This document shows positions 11,706-26,341 of a stretch of 64,000 nt of DNA, one piece after another (within the stretch, counting starts at the first letter, position 1; every line of letters starts with the position of its first letter). Under the pieces are notes generated by a model that saw nothing but the letters and a program-made list of their open reading frames with translations, had not been told where the DNA came from and did no database searches. Where the stretch lies: assembly GCF_009914755.1 (NCBI RefSeq), contig NC_060927.1. The stretch is one strand, 5' to 3'. This DNA comes from the human T2T-CHM13v2.0 reference genome, Homo sapiens. Both the position numbers and the translations under genes were made by a program.

Positions 11706-13816
11706 ATCATTTTACTGTATGTCTTACCCCAAAATATTGTATCAAAAGTACTAATAGTGAATTTTTTTTTCCCACTCCATAGGCAAGTCAGGTCTACTGC
11801 AGGGATAGGCTATTTTGTTCCCACTTAAAGGTCTTTAGGACTGAGCTGCTACTACTTTTCCCTCCCTTAGTCCTTCTCTATTTCAGTCTCTAAACTATAC
11901 AGAAGGGTGAGCAAGTTTATAAAACAGACTTAAATGTTTCTGCTTAGATCTTGTGGATACTTAAGTTTCGGAATTAGCTGGGTCTATAAAAGTTACTGTG
12001 TGGACATGTGAACCCATGAGGTAAAAACAAAAAACAGTGAGGATCTGCCTTTATGATAGTCAGATTAATGAGTTTTTTAATCAAGGAAGAACAGCATGTG
12101 ACTGAACCCCCAGTCTTGGTGACATGCATTTGACTGTGTGCCCAGTCAGTAGGAACTTCTTCACTTTGTCGCATTTTGCTCCAGCTTCAGGATACCAAGA
12201 CTGCTTCTGTATGATGGAATGGCAACAAAGTTGAGAATCTTAAACTAAAAGCTGGAGTGTAAATTTTCAAATTAGCTGGCAATAGGGTCTATTCTGTTTG
12301 GCATGTGGAAATTGGAGGCACTTAGGGTTGTTAAAACGTTCATTTGTTGGATGAATCAGTATTTTGTTATTGTCACTTAACAGAGGGCAATCACCATAAA
12401 GCATCTACCCAGCAGCTCATTTGTATGGGGAGGCTGGAGGGAGACTGGACCAAATAAGTGGATACATGTTCTGCAGACACTGAGGATATAGGAACATGGC
12501 ATCTCAGTGTCTCTCTGAGGCCTCAGAAGGCTAGATTAGAATCATATACAACTGACCTCTCAGTTCTGAGATGGAGAGTTTCATCATTGCACAGTTTTTC
12601 CTAAAGATTGATATCTCTGAGTTCTTTTTGTTTGTTGTATTATTACTGCTATACCTTTACCAGGTCATAATTCTGTAAGGAGCCCAAAAGTCACTGCTTC
12701 CTAACTCACAAAGTACGGATATAGATGCCCAGATATCTTTGACCTATAAATATACTTGTAAGCAAAACAGTCATGAGACCAGTGTGCCTGCTGAATTAAG
12801 AAGCAGCATTTATTTTTCTTAGACTTTCAAGATGAACCATTTTTCTACCTTTCTTCTACCATAACTCAAATCCCTTTGGTAGCCTTTAAGCTAGTTAATT
12901 TACTATTCATGTTATCATCATAGTATTTCTTTAAAGTAAGTAGTTTTTATTCCCACTTTTCAGATCTGGAAATTAAGGTTCAGATTAATTTACCCAGGAT
13001 CACATCCACTCATAAATCCTATGCTTAATCTGTGCATATTTGTTACATTTAGATGCCCTGTTCATTACCTTATGTCTTTAATATCTGTGTCCTTGGACAA
13101 AACCTATTAAAACCCACGACAGTTACAGACTTCTTTTGTATAGACTAAACCCAGTTGCTAATCTGTTTCCCCTTATGCTGAGCTTTAAAAATAAAAATGT
13201 ACTTGGCAATAAGCTATATTGAAACTTGAAAGGGTGATAAGTCTCATTGGACGTTGGCTCATTTCTAATGCAACAATGTAAGATTAAACAAAGCCTTCTT
13301 TGTTTTGAACATTATTCAGAATTATTTCTGACTTCAATGATAGTAGCTAGGCATCCTCAGGAAAATGCCCGTAGAAACCTATATACTACAGGAAAACTAC
13401 AGTTTGCCATTGGAGCTGATTGATTAGGATACGTGGTGTACATCATAATCATATTTCTCACAGTCTCCAACCTATGCAACAATTAACTTTCTCTTAGGCA
13501 TCCATAGTTTTTAGGGATAGAATTCAAGGACCAAGCCTGCATATCTATTTTTAATCTTAAAATGGATGAACATTTAAAGCTTGCCTGATTCAAGGCTGAA
13601 AGACTTTCTATGTTATCCCCTCTTGAAATATAACATTGACAGATTTCTTTTAAAACTGCCTTGTACATACAGCCAACCTACTTACTCACACACAATCTTC
13701 CAAAAAAGTTCTATCCCTTACCATTTATTAGCAGAGTGATTTTAGATAATTTATGGGCCCCCTCCCCAAGGCCTTGTGTCCTCATCTGTAAAGACAGGTG
13801 ATACAAAATCTCCTCA

Positions 13817-14600
13817 GGGTTAATATACAAAATTTGTACAGAACTCATACAACTCAGTAGTAGAATCATGAAATACCTGATTTAAATATGGGCAAAAGAC
13901 CTGAATAGACATTTCTCCAAGGAAGACATAAAGATGGCCAAGAGGTATATGAAAAGATGCTCAATCTCATTAATTTTCAGGGAAATGTAAGTCAAGATAC
14001 CCCACACCCATTAGGATAGCTATTAAAAACAATCAAAAGATACCAAATGTTGGTGAGGATAACAAAGAAAACTCTCACACACTGTTGGTGGGAATGTAGA
14101 TTGCTAGAGCCATGATGGAAAACTGTCTGGAGGTTTCTAAATAAATTAAAAATAGAACTACCATAAGACCCAGCAGTCCTTCTTGTGGGCATATACCCAA
14201 AGGAAGTGAAATCAACACCTCGTAAAGATATTTGCACTCCCGTTCATTGCAGCATTATTAGCAATCGCCAAGATACGGAAACAACCTAAGTTTCCATCAA
14301 CAGATAAATGGATAAAGAAATTTGTGGGGTAGGGAGGAAATGGGAAGATGTAAAATAAATCAAGAGGATACAAAACAACAGATGAGGAAGAACAAGTTTA
14401 GAGATCTCATATCCAACATGAGGACTACAGGTAATAAAATTGCACTGTATTTGGGAATCATGCCAATATTGAGTACATTTTAGCTGTTCCTGCCACAAAA
14501 ATGAAAGTGAGATGATGGGTATGTTAATTTGCTCCTAATTATAGTAACCTTTTTACTATCTGTATGTATCCAACATCATACTGAAAATATACAAGAAAAC
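13817..14600 (+). mobile_element. L1MA-type 3' fragment (end of ORF2 plus 3' UTR)
   Basis: gggcaaaagacctgaatagacatttctccaaggaagacata; gaactaccataagacccagcag; ccatcaacagataaatggataaag. Confidence 0.88.
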
Positions 14601-15017
14601 TTACAGTGTTTATGAAAGTCCTTTGCAAAATGCAGTTCAACTACAGAATTATTAACATAATCCACAGGAAATAATTAGCATGTCTTGATTGCTTAAGCAA
14701 TTGTGAAATAACAAAATTAACTGACCTAGATCCTGCTTTCTTTTTTACTATGTCAATATTACAGAATACTTCTCAACTGTAATAAGTCCCCTATAGTGGG
14801 AGTGTTTCAGGTTGCTACACTAACAGGTGAGAGATGCTAGAAAATGATTATCAAAATATATTTTACAATAGAATACAATAACCATTCAACTTGGTGTAGT
14901 TCGATGGGAACATATAACTCTTATGAATTCAGTTTAAACGATGGCTTGAGAGGGATGGGAAATGACAAAATCCGTATGCAAGAAATAGAAAACAAATCCT
15001 TGACAGAACTGCAGAGG

Positions 15018-15018
<1 letters not shown>

Positions 15019-15058
<40 letters not shown>
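15019..15058 (+). repeat. T40 homopolymer serving as the polypyrimidine tract of the exon at 15070
   Basis: 40 consecutive T ending 9 nt before the acceptor AG (15068-15069). Confidence 0.95.
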
Positions 15059-15059
<1 letters not shown>

Positions 15060-15069
15060 GATTCCAAAG

Positions 15070-15216
15070 GCAGAAGATGAGTTTGTGTACTGGCCAAGTC
15101 GAGAAGAATCCATGAACTGTGAGGCCTTTACCGTCACCCTTATCAGCAAAGACAGACTGTGCCTCTCTAATGAAGAACAAATTATCATCCATGACTTTAT
15201 CCTTGAAGCTACACAG
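15070..15216 (+). CDS. PTPRG: PTPRG coding exon (D2): [49 protein letters not shown]
   Basis: T40 tract then ccaaag acceptor, CAG|gtaacc donor; 147 nt, phase 0-0; YWP motif. Confidence 0.94.
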
Positions 15217-15754
15217 GTAACCTAAACCTCAGTTCCTCACTAATAGCCATACCTGGGCCCTGGATCATCATTCTAAGTAATAATGAAATAATTTACCACC
15301 CTCAAGCCAGGCTCAGGCATTTGAGTAAGACTTAATTTTAAATATGTACATTTTCCGTTTTTCTTCCTTCAAATATTTGCTTTTTCCAGCTGGCTAGATG
15401 AAATGTAACAGTTCCTCTGATTCAGCATGCATACAAATAGGTCTGTTGACCTAATTATAAAAACAATATACTAGAACTCAATATTTTCTTTGCCATCAGA
15501 AATGTAAGCTTTGCAATGTGTTGCACAGATGATAATACTAAGTTTTTTTAAGTAAATATTTTGCTGCCTTCTTGTGGGATGAGTAAGCATGGGGGGGCTC
15601 TTATATTAGTAATTTAAAGGATGAGCCCCTTCCTTGTTTTCCTTTAATTTTATAAATAAGAAAATAGAGTAGGATATAAGGTCTTTAATAATTTATTGTC
15701 ACTTGAAATTTTTGACTAAGCCAAATGAATTGTTTCACTAGCATGACCTACTTG

Positions 15755-16035
15755 GTTGTTTGTTTTGAGACAAGGTCTCACTCACAGTGGCATCATCAAA
15801 GCTCAGTGTAACCCCAAACTCCTGGGCTCAAGCGATCCTTTCACATCAGCCTCCCGAATAGCAAAGACTATAGGCATGTACCATATGACTAGTTAATTTT
15901 TTTTTTTTTTTAATTTTTTTAGAGACAGATCTCCCTGTGTTGCCCAGGTGGGTCTTGAACTCCTGGCCTCAAGCAATCCTCCCACCTTGGCCTCCCAAAG
16001 TACTGAATTACAGGCATGAACCACTATGCCTAGCC
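15755..16035 (-). mobile_element. Alu (AluJ-like), antisense
   Basis: gagacaaggtctc...ctcctgggctcaagcgatcc...ttggcctcccaaag...aggcatgaaccac. Confidence 0.92.
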
Positions 16036-16233
16036 ATGCTTTTTTTAAAAAACAAAAAAACAAAAAAAAAAAACCTTCCTGGTATTTTTCTTCTTTCCAG
16101 CTGTGGTTTGGTTAACACAACATTGTTGAGAGTTACCTATAACACATGGCTTTCTCAGGAGCAAGTTCTAGTCATTAGATTGTAGATATGTGAAATAAAG
16201 GAAGGGATTTGACCCATGTTGTATTGGTTACAG

Positions 16234-16376
16234 GATGACTATGTCTTAGAAGTTCGGCACTTTCAGTGTCCCAAATGGCCTAACCCAGATGCCCCCATAA
16301 GTAGTACCTTTGAACTTATCAACGTCATCAAGGAAGAGGCCTTAACAAGGGATGGTCCCACCATTGTTCATGATGA
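16234..16376 (+). CDS. PTPRG: PTPRG coding exon (D2): [47 protein letters not shown](E)
   Basis: ttacag acceptor, GA|gtatgt donor; 143 nt; degenerate WPN loop and VHD in place of VHC. Confidence 0.96.
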
Positions 16377-19300
16377 GTATGTATCTGTTTCTTAATTTTA
16401 AAATGTAGACCGTTTTTTTGTTTAATTTCTTGTTGAAAGCAGTAGAAAAGGAAGCCAGAATTTTAAAACCTATCAACAACCTCAGCTTGTGACAACTCCA
16501 TGTTATTTCTACTGTGGACATGTACAAAGTGTTGTTGCTCTGTTTACATTTTAATATGTCAAACTCTTCCAAGACTCCAGGTTCTTCTAGAGTATATGTT
16601 CTAGAAAGGGGAAAGTATTATATCTTAGCCTACAGAGGTAGATCTGCATGCATTTAGAGGTGTTATGTGTTAGTAACAAATGAGTAAATTAATAACTGTT
16701 TACCTTAATTAAATACTTTTTAAAAATCCTTACACTGAATTTCAAACACTTGTTAGGGAAATAACCTTTAAAAATATGACTTAGTTGATGAGTAGAGATA
16801 AAACTACTAGTATTAATGATAATATTTAAAGTTCATGATGTGTTTTAAAGTCTTCAGTACTGTCTTTTGGGATTTAAAGAATATGAATCTCAAAGAGAAA
16901 AATAACTTGCACCTGGTCTCAAAGCTTCTAAGTGTCACAATGGTATCCCAGCCCAGCACCTTTCCACTTTAATAAGAAGGAAAGGGTCATAGATATATCT
17001 TATTGTATATAGATATTTGGAGCCAAACTTCATGGCCTGTAAGTCAGTTGTATAATTGAATCGTTTCAAATCACAAACCTTTAGCCAATATGGAATCAAT
17101 TATACATTCCCATTTTTATTTCAGTTCCAAGGTAGCTCTTGGTCAGCAGCATTCATTATGTTCATTAAATTACCAACTAGCTACCCAAGTAGCATAAAGT
17201 ATTAATAAATTTGAAAGTGAAGCTTATTGTGAAGGCTTTTTTTCCTGGCACTAATGCTGTATCATGATGTACACAAGAGCTCAGCACCTTCACCTCAAAT
17301 CATAGTACTCTCCTACTTGAAGTAATGTGTACTAGCTGCTTCCAAAAAATTTTACAGTCTTTCAAAATGTTGGCCTGACTCTTGATTAGTAAGGTGAAAA
17401 ATTAAGATTTGAAAAGCATTACAGTTGAAACATTAATTAAATAGCATAAGATCAATGGAAATGTGACAACCATCAACAGTGTTTAAATAGCACAGACAGC
17501 CTCAAAATAACTGGGGAGTTGCTACTGAACTAAAACTTTGTGGTATACAGTTACAGCATAAAGTTAGGGCATTTTCTAGAATTCCTGGGTTTTACCAGCT
17601 CTTATCATCTCTTGTCATCAAATTCTAACGTTACTGCCCAGTTATATGACTGATTTTGCTGTTACGGTAGTACTCCGAGGTGTTTTGTCCTGAAGTCAGT
17701 AATGCACCTAATCTTATATTTTAGGGTAAGGAAAGAGGAAAAGAAAAATAACCACCAGTTAAATACTAAACAGAAGTGTTTGATTCACTTATCTTCATTC
17801 AACTTTTCAGTATATTTGTCTTATTTAGTGATTTTTATGTCACATGCTGAAAATATATCCCCTCCAGAATTAATCAGATGTATACAGGCCTCATTCTTAG
17901 GCCTGTATACAAAAAGAGCAAATTAATCCTAAACCAGTAGATCTGCAAATATCATATAGGTGAGATGCCTTAAAAGCCACCAGTAGAAATGTATTAATTC
18001 ATTTATCTACTATCTGTAGGGGATAAGTTAATTCCATTGAAATTATTGAAGAGAAACTTTAAAATTTTTGAACAGTTGCTAGCTCTAGTGAGATACTCTG
18101 AACACCAGTTCCTTTTCAGTTTCCATCTTACCTACTTTCTGTACCTCTAAACATCACTTCCTGATGGGCTACAAACACGTCACATTCAGCATAGCTAAAA
18201 CCAAACTCATCTTCACTGCCTGCCCCTAATCAACTTAACTGTACAGACCAGAAACATATCAGAGTTATTTTTGAGTCTCCCTCACCTCCAAGTCTGATTG
18301 GCCACCAAGTCTTCTTGGTGCCATCGATTCTTTCAGTAGACTTTTGAAAATCTTTTACAATCTAGTGTAAAGTTTACATTTCCAGTTGTCATCCCAATCT
18401 GCCACTGAAGTACTTCCTGCATGCCACCTTGCCCCTGCAAATCCTCTTTCCTCTGAGCACCCTTTCATTCAATACACAGTTCAAAAGTCACTCTCTGAGA
18501 CTCTAATTCATCCCAGAGGTGCTAAGCAAAATCATTAACATGACAACCATACCAGATAAATGTCATTCCTGCTTATCATGTCACACCATAATTATTTGTA
18601 TACATGACTGTCACTCTCACATTGCTGAGGCCAGCAATGGTAATTTATTCATCCCAGTCTCCACCGGGGGAAACCCAATGCCTGGGACAGCGTGGGTACT
18701 AGACAAGTATTTGCACGAACGGGTATGTGTTTTAAATTGTGGTAACTTACAAACTATTAAGTATATGTACCCCTATAACAAATTGTCCCCAGAAAGCCTT
18801 GCTTTTTGTCTCATTTATTGTTCAAAGTCATTTTGGCTGCTTAAATTCTTCTTTTCAAAGTGTTTTTAAGCTCTGTCAAAAGCAGGAGTCAACAGGCTTG
18901 GAGAGAAGGCCTGCACGCATTTGATCTGTGAGGCAGAGAGTTGAACTTTTAGTGTGCAAATGTTGTGACATCTATTTGGTCTTCATAGAGATCTTTTTAA
19001 CACCTACTTTTGGGGGTGGCAGGTGGTTGTTGGGGGGGGGGGGTCTCAGGTGTGTCCCAGGTGGATGACATTTCTAGATAAGTGAGCTAAGAATAAAATT
19101 CCTAACCAAAAAGTAAACTGCTTCTATTTGAGGACAGGCACAGCTTAAAGACAAACTGCTTCATTCTCAGCATTCTATTGTCAACTGTTCAAGATTATTC
19201 TGCTCAGAGGCTGATCTACATCATTATTGTCAAATTTTAAAAACAGCTGGGTTCCCATAGATATTTAGAACATAGGCATGGTTCTCATATAGTCTTATAA

Positions 19301-21900
19301 GACAGCTGTAGATCAGACCTCACCCAAATTACTCTACTCACTCACAGACTGAAGAAGAGTTCCCTTTGCAAATACTTAATTACTCACTCTGGAGATACAT
19401 GTATCACCCTACTGGATAGCATAATAATATAAAAATACTATCTGCCTTATTCATACCCATTCTGTCATGAGTGGACAATTAAAAAGAGTTTTCCAGAAGT
19501 ACATGACATGTGATAACATCACTTTTAGGGCTAATCGTATTTTAACATTTTCTCAGTTTTAATTTCTAATACAGTAAATATTGACATATACAGCCCAAAT
19601 CCCCTGGAGGTCCTCAATAATTTTTTATTTTAATTTGGCCCTGAGATCAAAGAGTCTAAAGACTGCTGAGATATTCTTTAAGTGACACAAGGCATATGGA
19701 CTGTTTTCAATAGCAAAGGCTGCAAAGACACCCACAAATCATAACTAATTCCAGTATTTTCGCTTTTATTGAGAGCCTTATGGAAGGCTTTCATGTTGTC
19801 TTCTTCCCTAAGATTGATACTTATTCCAGCTTCAATTTTTTTGTTTTCCTTTCTGCCCTACTGATTTCAAAAGGAAGCTGCATTTCTTCACAGTGTCAGG
19901 GTTATAACTCTGGATAGCAATCTTGGTTATGATTTTAAAAACAACGTATTAAAAGCTACAATAATAAGTAAATATATGAAATAGTGAAAATGGTTAAATG
20001 CTCACAGGTATTATCCTGACTATACAAGGAATCACAATGTGTTTTAAAATGAATATAGACAGAGCACTTAAAAAAAAAACATTACTGTACTTCAGGAGCT
20101 TAAAGTACTTTCATTTCTTTTGTAAAATCTTTGAAGTAAATAAAGGCAGGGAAAGATGAAAAAAATAGGGTTTTTTTCTTAACATCACTAGTTAAATAAG
20201 CATTACTTTTAATGGAGCCCTTAGAGGAAGTGGCAAACAAAATATCAAAGCCAGTGAATTTATATACTACTGTCATTTTACCTAGGTTACAGATTACTTA
20301 TACCACTTTTGCACCAAGTCCCTGTAGTTTTAAATGCAAATCCATGAAACTCGATGAGCATTCTTTAATCCCACTTAGTTCCTAAACTTTTGAAAGAGAA
20401 TGGCCCTTTTTGTCTTTGCTCTGTCATTATGTTTGGTATGCAGAAGATATTTAAAAGTATCTGTGCATTTGATTGATTTGACTTGCGAGTTTCTTGTCAT
20501 GTTTAAGCCATATTGTATAAATACTTTTAATTTTACTGCTTATTTAACCGTGGCTAAATACAGGAAAGGCAACCCATGGAAAGGTGAGAATAATCTCACA
20601 TGGAGTGCATGCATACTCCGTAAAAACATACATGTTACCTGACTTTTCTATATGGCTGGCCACAGATAGCTTTGAAAGAGCTAAGAAAAAAGGGGAGATT
20701 CTTAAGTTTAACCATTTCACTAGAACAGATTAAACAAATGTTAAATTCTTCCCCTCCTAAACAAAATCAGTACAAATGACTTTTTTTTAATACCATGCTA
20801 AAATGAGGTCAACTCAGTACAATTTAGAATCTGAGGGAAGACAACATGCTGAACAAGAACCAAAAACCACAATAAATCAGAGTTAATAGAGCTATCATAA
20901 TAGGGTATTAAAATATATCCTCAGAGATCTAAAGGAAGATTTTATGAAATGAAGAACATTTATTATGAAATAGGAACAAATTCGGCCTAAGAATGAGAAA
21001 ATACATTAATTCATGAAACTAAAAACTTAAAAGATAGGATACTAGTGGAGTGTAGAACTGAAATGAAACTAGAATGTGGAAGTCACATACAGAAGTTCTA
21101 ACATATGTCTAAAAAGTTATCCATGGGGCAATAAAATACAGGTTAAAGAGGAAGAAATAACAGCTGAGGTTTTCTAAAAACAGAATAAAGTATTCAGTTC
21201 TTAAACTGAGCGACCAGGATACATTTGATCAGTAGCATTCAGAGAGATTTGAATACCACAGTTAACAAGCGTGATCTAATAGTGATATAGAGAAGTTCGC
21301 ACCCAAGAGAGACTGCACAGAGAGACCTAGAGTCTCTTCAAACACAAATGGTTTATTTATATACATAGGCCATAAATGGAATTTCAATACATTCCCCCAA
21401 AACAGATACCATACAAGGCTACATTCATTGATTACAACCCACTTACATTAGAAACCACCAGTGAAATAACATCCCAAATCCTTATAACTAGAAACAACTA
21501 GAAACTGAAATCCTTACATCTAGGATTGCTTATAAATAATTCATGCATCAAAGATGTAACCAAAATAAGTATTTCACAGTGTCTAAAACTAAATGATGAT
21601 GAAGGCACTGCATTTCAAAACCTGGTGAAATGGAGCCAAACTGTACTTAAAAAAAAAAAAAAAAACAGCCTGTGTAAACTCTACATATTAGAAAGGTTAA
21701 AAATAAACAAACCAAGCATTCAGCTCAAGCCAGAAAAAGCACCAGAGAAATCAACAAAAAGTACAAGGAATTAAAAGCAAATAGAAGGCGATAGTAAAAT
21801 TTAAGCAATAAATAGTTTAGTAAGAGATACAGTTTTGGAAATATGATGAAGGAAAAAACCTACCGTATATCTGTAGCTACATTAAAAACATTCAAGAATT

Positions 21901-22240
<340 letters not shown>

Positions 22241-22619
22241 TTAAATGCTTATCTTTTAGAGTTTGATACTAAATTATGACTAAAACACCTGAGATTTGCT
22301 TCAATATATATTGGGGACGAAACAGAAATGAAATGAGAATGGCCATGAGCTGTTGATCATTATAACTGAATGATGACTACATGAATGCTACTGTACTATT
22401 GGGCTTTGGTGTCTGTTTAACATTTTCTATAATAAAAAGCTAAAAATAATACATATTTTAAAAGAAAGAAAATAAGCATTTAAGACTTTATAACTCTATA
22501 CTAATAAATGTTTAAGCCTATAAATAAGCATAGTAAAATAACATTTAGTGAACACATGGTATGTGGTGTGTGCCAATCTCTGTTCTGAGCCATTTACAAG
22601 TATCAGCTCAATTTTAAAC

Positions 22620-22820
22620 TCTAGTCTCACTATGCGATCTTGGCCAGTTACTTCACCTGAATGTGCCTTATTTATTCAACCTCAGAATGTGCCTTATTTA
22701 TTCAACCTGAAATGGAGATAATACTGGTACCCATACCATAGGGTTACTGTGAGGACTAAGTCAGTACATGTAAATACCTATAAGAGAACATGGCACATGA
22801 AGTACAACACACGTTAGTGA
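22620..22820 (+). mobile_element. MIR carrying an internal 24 bp tandem duplication (22659-22682 / 22685-22708)
   Basis: aaaatggagataata..catagggttactgtgagga core; gaatgtgccttatttattcaacct x2. Confidence 0.7.
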
Positions 22821-25800
22821 TCACTAAGAACTGAATAAAAGAATGAGTTTTCCACCTGTTAGGGCCCACAAGTCCTGGCCAAGGCTACATATGAACAGTA
22901 ACACACAGAAGATTTAATGCAATGTTGATTTAAACAAACAAGGCTTAGCACCAGAATGGAAATGTATAGGCCAAGTCTTGCTTATTTGAACACTGATGCA
23001 AAAATGACAATAAAAAGCTGTCTAATAAAACCCAGTATATTAAAAGAATTACACATCATGAAAAACTTATCCTAGTAATGTAGAGCTGGTGTTAAGCTTT
23101 TGATATATTATCAAAAGTTTATCAGTGAATTCAGGACATTTTAAGAGACATTTCAAAAAAAAATCGATATTGAAAAGCGTACAATAAAACAACACCCATT
23201 CATGATCCCCCCCCCCCCAAAAAAAACACTTAGAGTAAAAATAGAAAGCATCCTCTTTACCTTTATAATTGTTATTTACCAGATGTATATTAGCAAACAT
23301 TTAAATTTAATATTAAAAACTTAGAAGCTTGAACATTTAAGATACATGATACTTGCTTTCAGTTCTAGCACGTAAGCCTATCTAGGTGCTAGCCAACACA
23401 GTAAAAGCAGAAGATAGAAGAAGCGTAAAAGATAAAAAGAGGGAAAGTTCGCATTATTGGCAGATAAAGATGTGGTCAACTACCTAGAGAAGCCACAAAC
23501 TATTAAAACTTAAGCAGGGTTCTTCTGTTTGACCGGATACAATTTCACCATGTGAAAATCAGTAACCTTCCCATGCATGAAGTGAAACCAAACAGAAAAT
23601 GTTATCACAAAAGGAGGCCATTAATAGGGGTAATAAACTCTAAAGTACCTAAAAATTTACCAAAAATGGAATTGGCAAAGACTATAAAGAAAACAATAAA
23701 ACCTAGTTAAAAGCTATAAAAGGCCTGAATAAATGGAGAAAAGACATTGTGTTCATGAAGAGAAAAACTCAAGATTGAAAAGATGGTAATTTCCTCAGAT
23801 CCATCTATATATTCAGTGCAACCTAATCAAAATCCCAACAAAAATGTTTGTTTGTGTTCCTTAACAATCTGGTTTCAAAATTACTATGAAACACGATGGA
23901 GTCGGGTGGAAGGTCAGAGTTATTTGGACATCAGTGTACCAGTAAAAAATGAAAATTATATGTTTGAATCACTAAAAACAATACGAAGTAAATGTAGAGA
24001 CAGCCAAGACTATTACAGAAACTTGCTTTATCAGATATCAAGACTTATTAAGGAATTGGGATACACGTGGGGAGGTACAAAAAATAGACAAACAGAATAA
24101 AAGGTCAAAACAGAGTTCAGAAATAGGCTTGCATATATAAGAATGTAGTACATGATAAAAAGGAAGCTGATGTCAGTGAGAAAAGATCACACTGTAAAAT
24201 AAGAAGTGCTGGGACAACTGGTTATCCAATGGAAAAATAAAATAACTGTAATCAGACCCCTTCCTTACATCAAAGCAAGAATAAGACTCAGATGAATTAG
24301 ACAATTAAACGTAAAAAAGTAAAATTAGAACATGTAGGAGAGTATCTTTAAAATACAAGGTTAGAGAAAGCATTCTCAAACAAGATTCCAATAAAAGCCA
24401 AAAATAAAAGATGTATCAACTTGATTACATCTAAACTGTACTTCCGTATAACAAAATGACCACAAACAATGTTAAGAGAAACAGATCGGGGGGCAAAAAA
24501 ACTCACAAGTACTACAGACACTATAAAAATAACTCCTATATAAATCATTTTGGAAGAGGCAAACTTAGTAGAAAAGTGTTAATTAGGCGATTTCAGAAGA
24601 GGAAATATAGATGGTCAGTATTCATAAAAAGACATTCAGCCTCCCTGGTAATCAAGGAAATGTAAATTAAAACCCTAGTAAGATACAGTCTTCCACTCAT
24701 CAGATTGGCAAAAGTGTTTCAAGTTTAAAATGATGAGGAGAAGCAAGTGTTCTCGTGCTGGGAATAGTATGAACAGGTAACAGCCACTTGGGAAAGAAAT
24801 ATGGCAGTGTCTTTAAAACTAAAAACAGGCATACCTGTGACCCTAGCCCTTCTACTCAGTACCTATGCTAAAGTGCACAAATTCAAACAAGCTAAATGTC
24901 CATCTAGAAGGTAAACCTGGTATGCATGTAGCAGATGAAATAATGAGTTGAACTGAAATGTAGTGATACACCTAAATCTGGAAGGCTGTATCTACACGTG
25001 TAATAATTTTTACCTCTGGAGAGGTTACCTCTAAAGTTGGGGGGTGGCTAAGGGGGACTCTGGTCTTATTTGTATTAAAGATATAAAACATGTAATATTT
25101 TAATTTTATGTAACAATTCAGAAATGACATTTAAGTTTTTCAAAAAACAATGGGCACAGGGCATCTGAACTCCAGTCTCATTTCTGCCACCAGCCAGCAA
25201 CATCATCTTGAACAATTCATTTAATCCATCTGTTTTCTCATCACTAATGTGGAAACTGTGTGCCATCACAGATTCTTGTGAAAAGTGGAGTTGCCAACCT
25301 GGCCTGATGGAAATTTACTACCTTTCTAAGACTTTTTTGTGAGGCAAAGAGAACCACATTTATCTTTCCAAGGATTTCATAGAAAGTGCTCTCATTAGGA
25401 AAGTTCCACTTCAGTGCCAAAATAATTATTTCATATGAAATTAATTTTGGAAATTGTCTGTTTTGAGCCATATAATTCCATTTTTAAATTTTTCATATTC
25501 TGTAAGTTCAATTTAACTGTTTGGAATTGTTAAAAAAAAATTCAGAGCCCTTCATCACTGGCTGCTTGTCCAATAACGTCTAGTTAAGAGGTTCTCTTTA
25601 TTGTTTTTTCTATTGTACCACCCAACTCATCACCAACACCAAATCATCTTTAGCTCTCCTAAGTCTACTTCTGAACCTCTCATTTCCTATTAGATATCAA
25701 GCTAAACGTCTCATGAACCAATTTGGGATACTCCACTTTCATAAACAAATCTCACCTTTATGCTAGCTTCCAAATCCCTCCCCCACCAGCATTTCATTCA

Positions 25801-25929
25801 GTCGTGTCTTTAGAGTAAATGTCAAAACAGTCTACTTAGTTTCTATGAAAATACATGACAGTAATTTCATTTCAATATATTTGGTCCCTTTGTACATCTG
25901 AAATCGTATCTTTTTTTTTTCTCCCCCAG

Positions 25930-26065
25930 GTATGGAGCAGTTTCAGCAGGAATGTTATGTGCCCTTACCACCCTGTCCCAGCAACTGGAGAATGAAAATG
26001 CTGTGGATGTTTTCCAGGTTGCAAAAATGATCAATCTTATGAGGCCTGGAGTATTCACAGACATT
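25930..26065 (+). CDS. PTPRG: PTPRG penultimate coding exon (D2): (E)[45 protein letters not shown]
   Basis: T-run + ctcccccag acceptor, ATT|gtaagt donor; 136 nt, same length and phase as the D1 counterpart. Confidence 0.96.
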
Positions 26066-26131
26066 GTAAGTAGTTTGCTTATGTGTAAAACCTGTACTAC
26101 ATCAGTTGAAACTCAGACTCACAGTTTAGAG

Positions 26132-26341
26132 CAGTAGTTCTCAATTGGGGGTGATTTTGCCCCCCAGGGGACATTTGGCCATGTCTGGAGACTTTTTTGC
26201 TTGTCACAACTGCAGATGGATGGCATCTAGAGGATACAAGCCAGAGATGCTGCTAAGCAAACTACACAGCACAAGACAGCCCTCAACACCATAGAATTAT
26301 GTGGCCCAAAATGTCAGTAGTGCTCAGGTTGAGAAGCCCTG
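26132..26341 (+). mobile_element. MER20 (hAT-Charlie)
   Basis: cagtagttctcaa..gattttgccccccaggggacatttggc..gttgagaagccctg; 8 bp TSD gtttagag/ctttagag. Confidence 0.93.
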
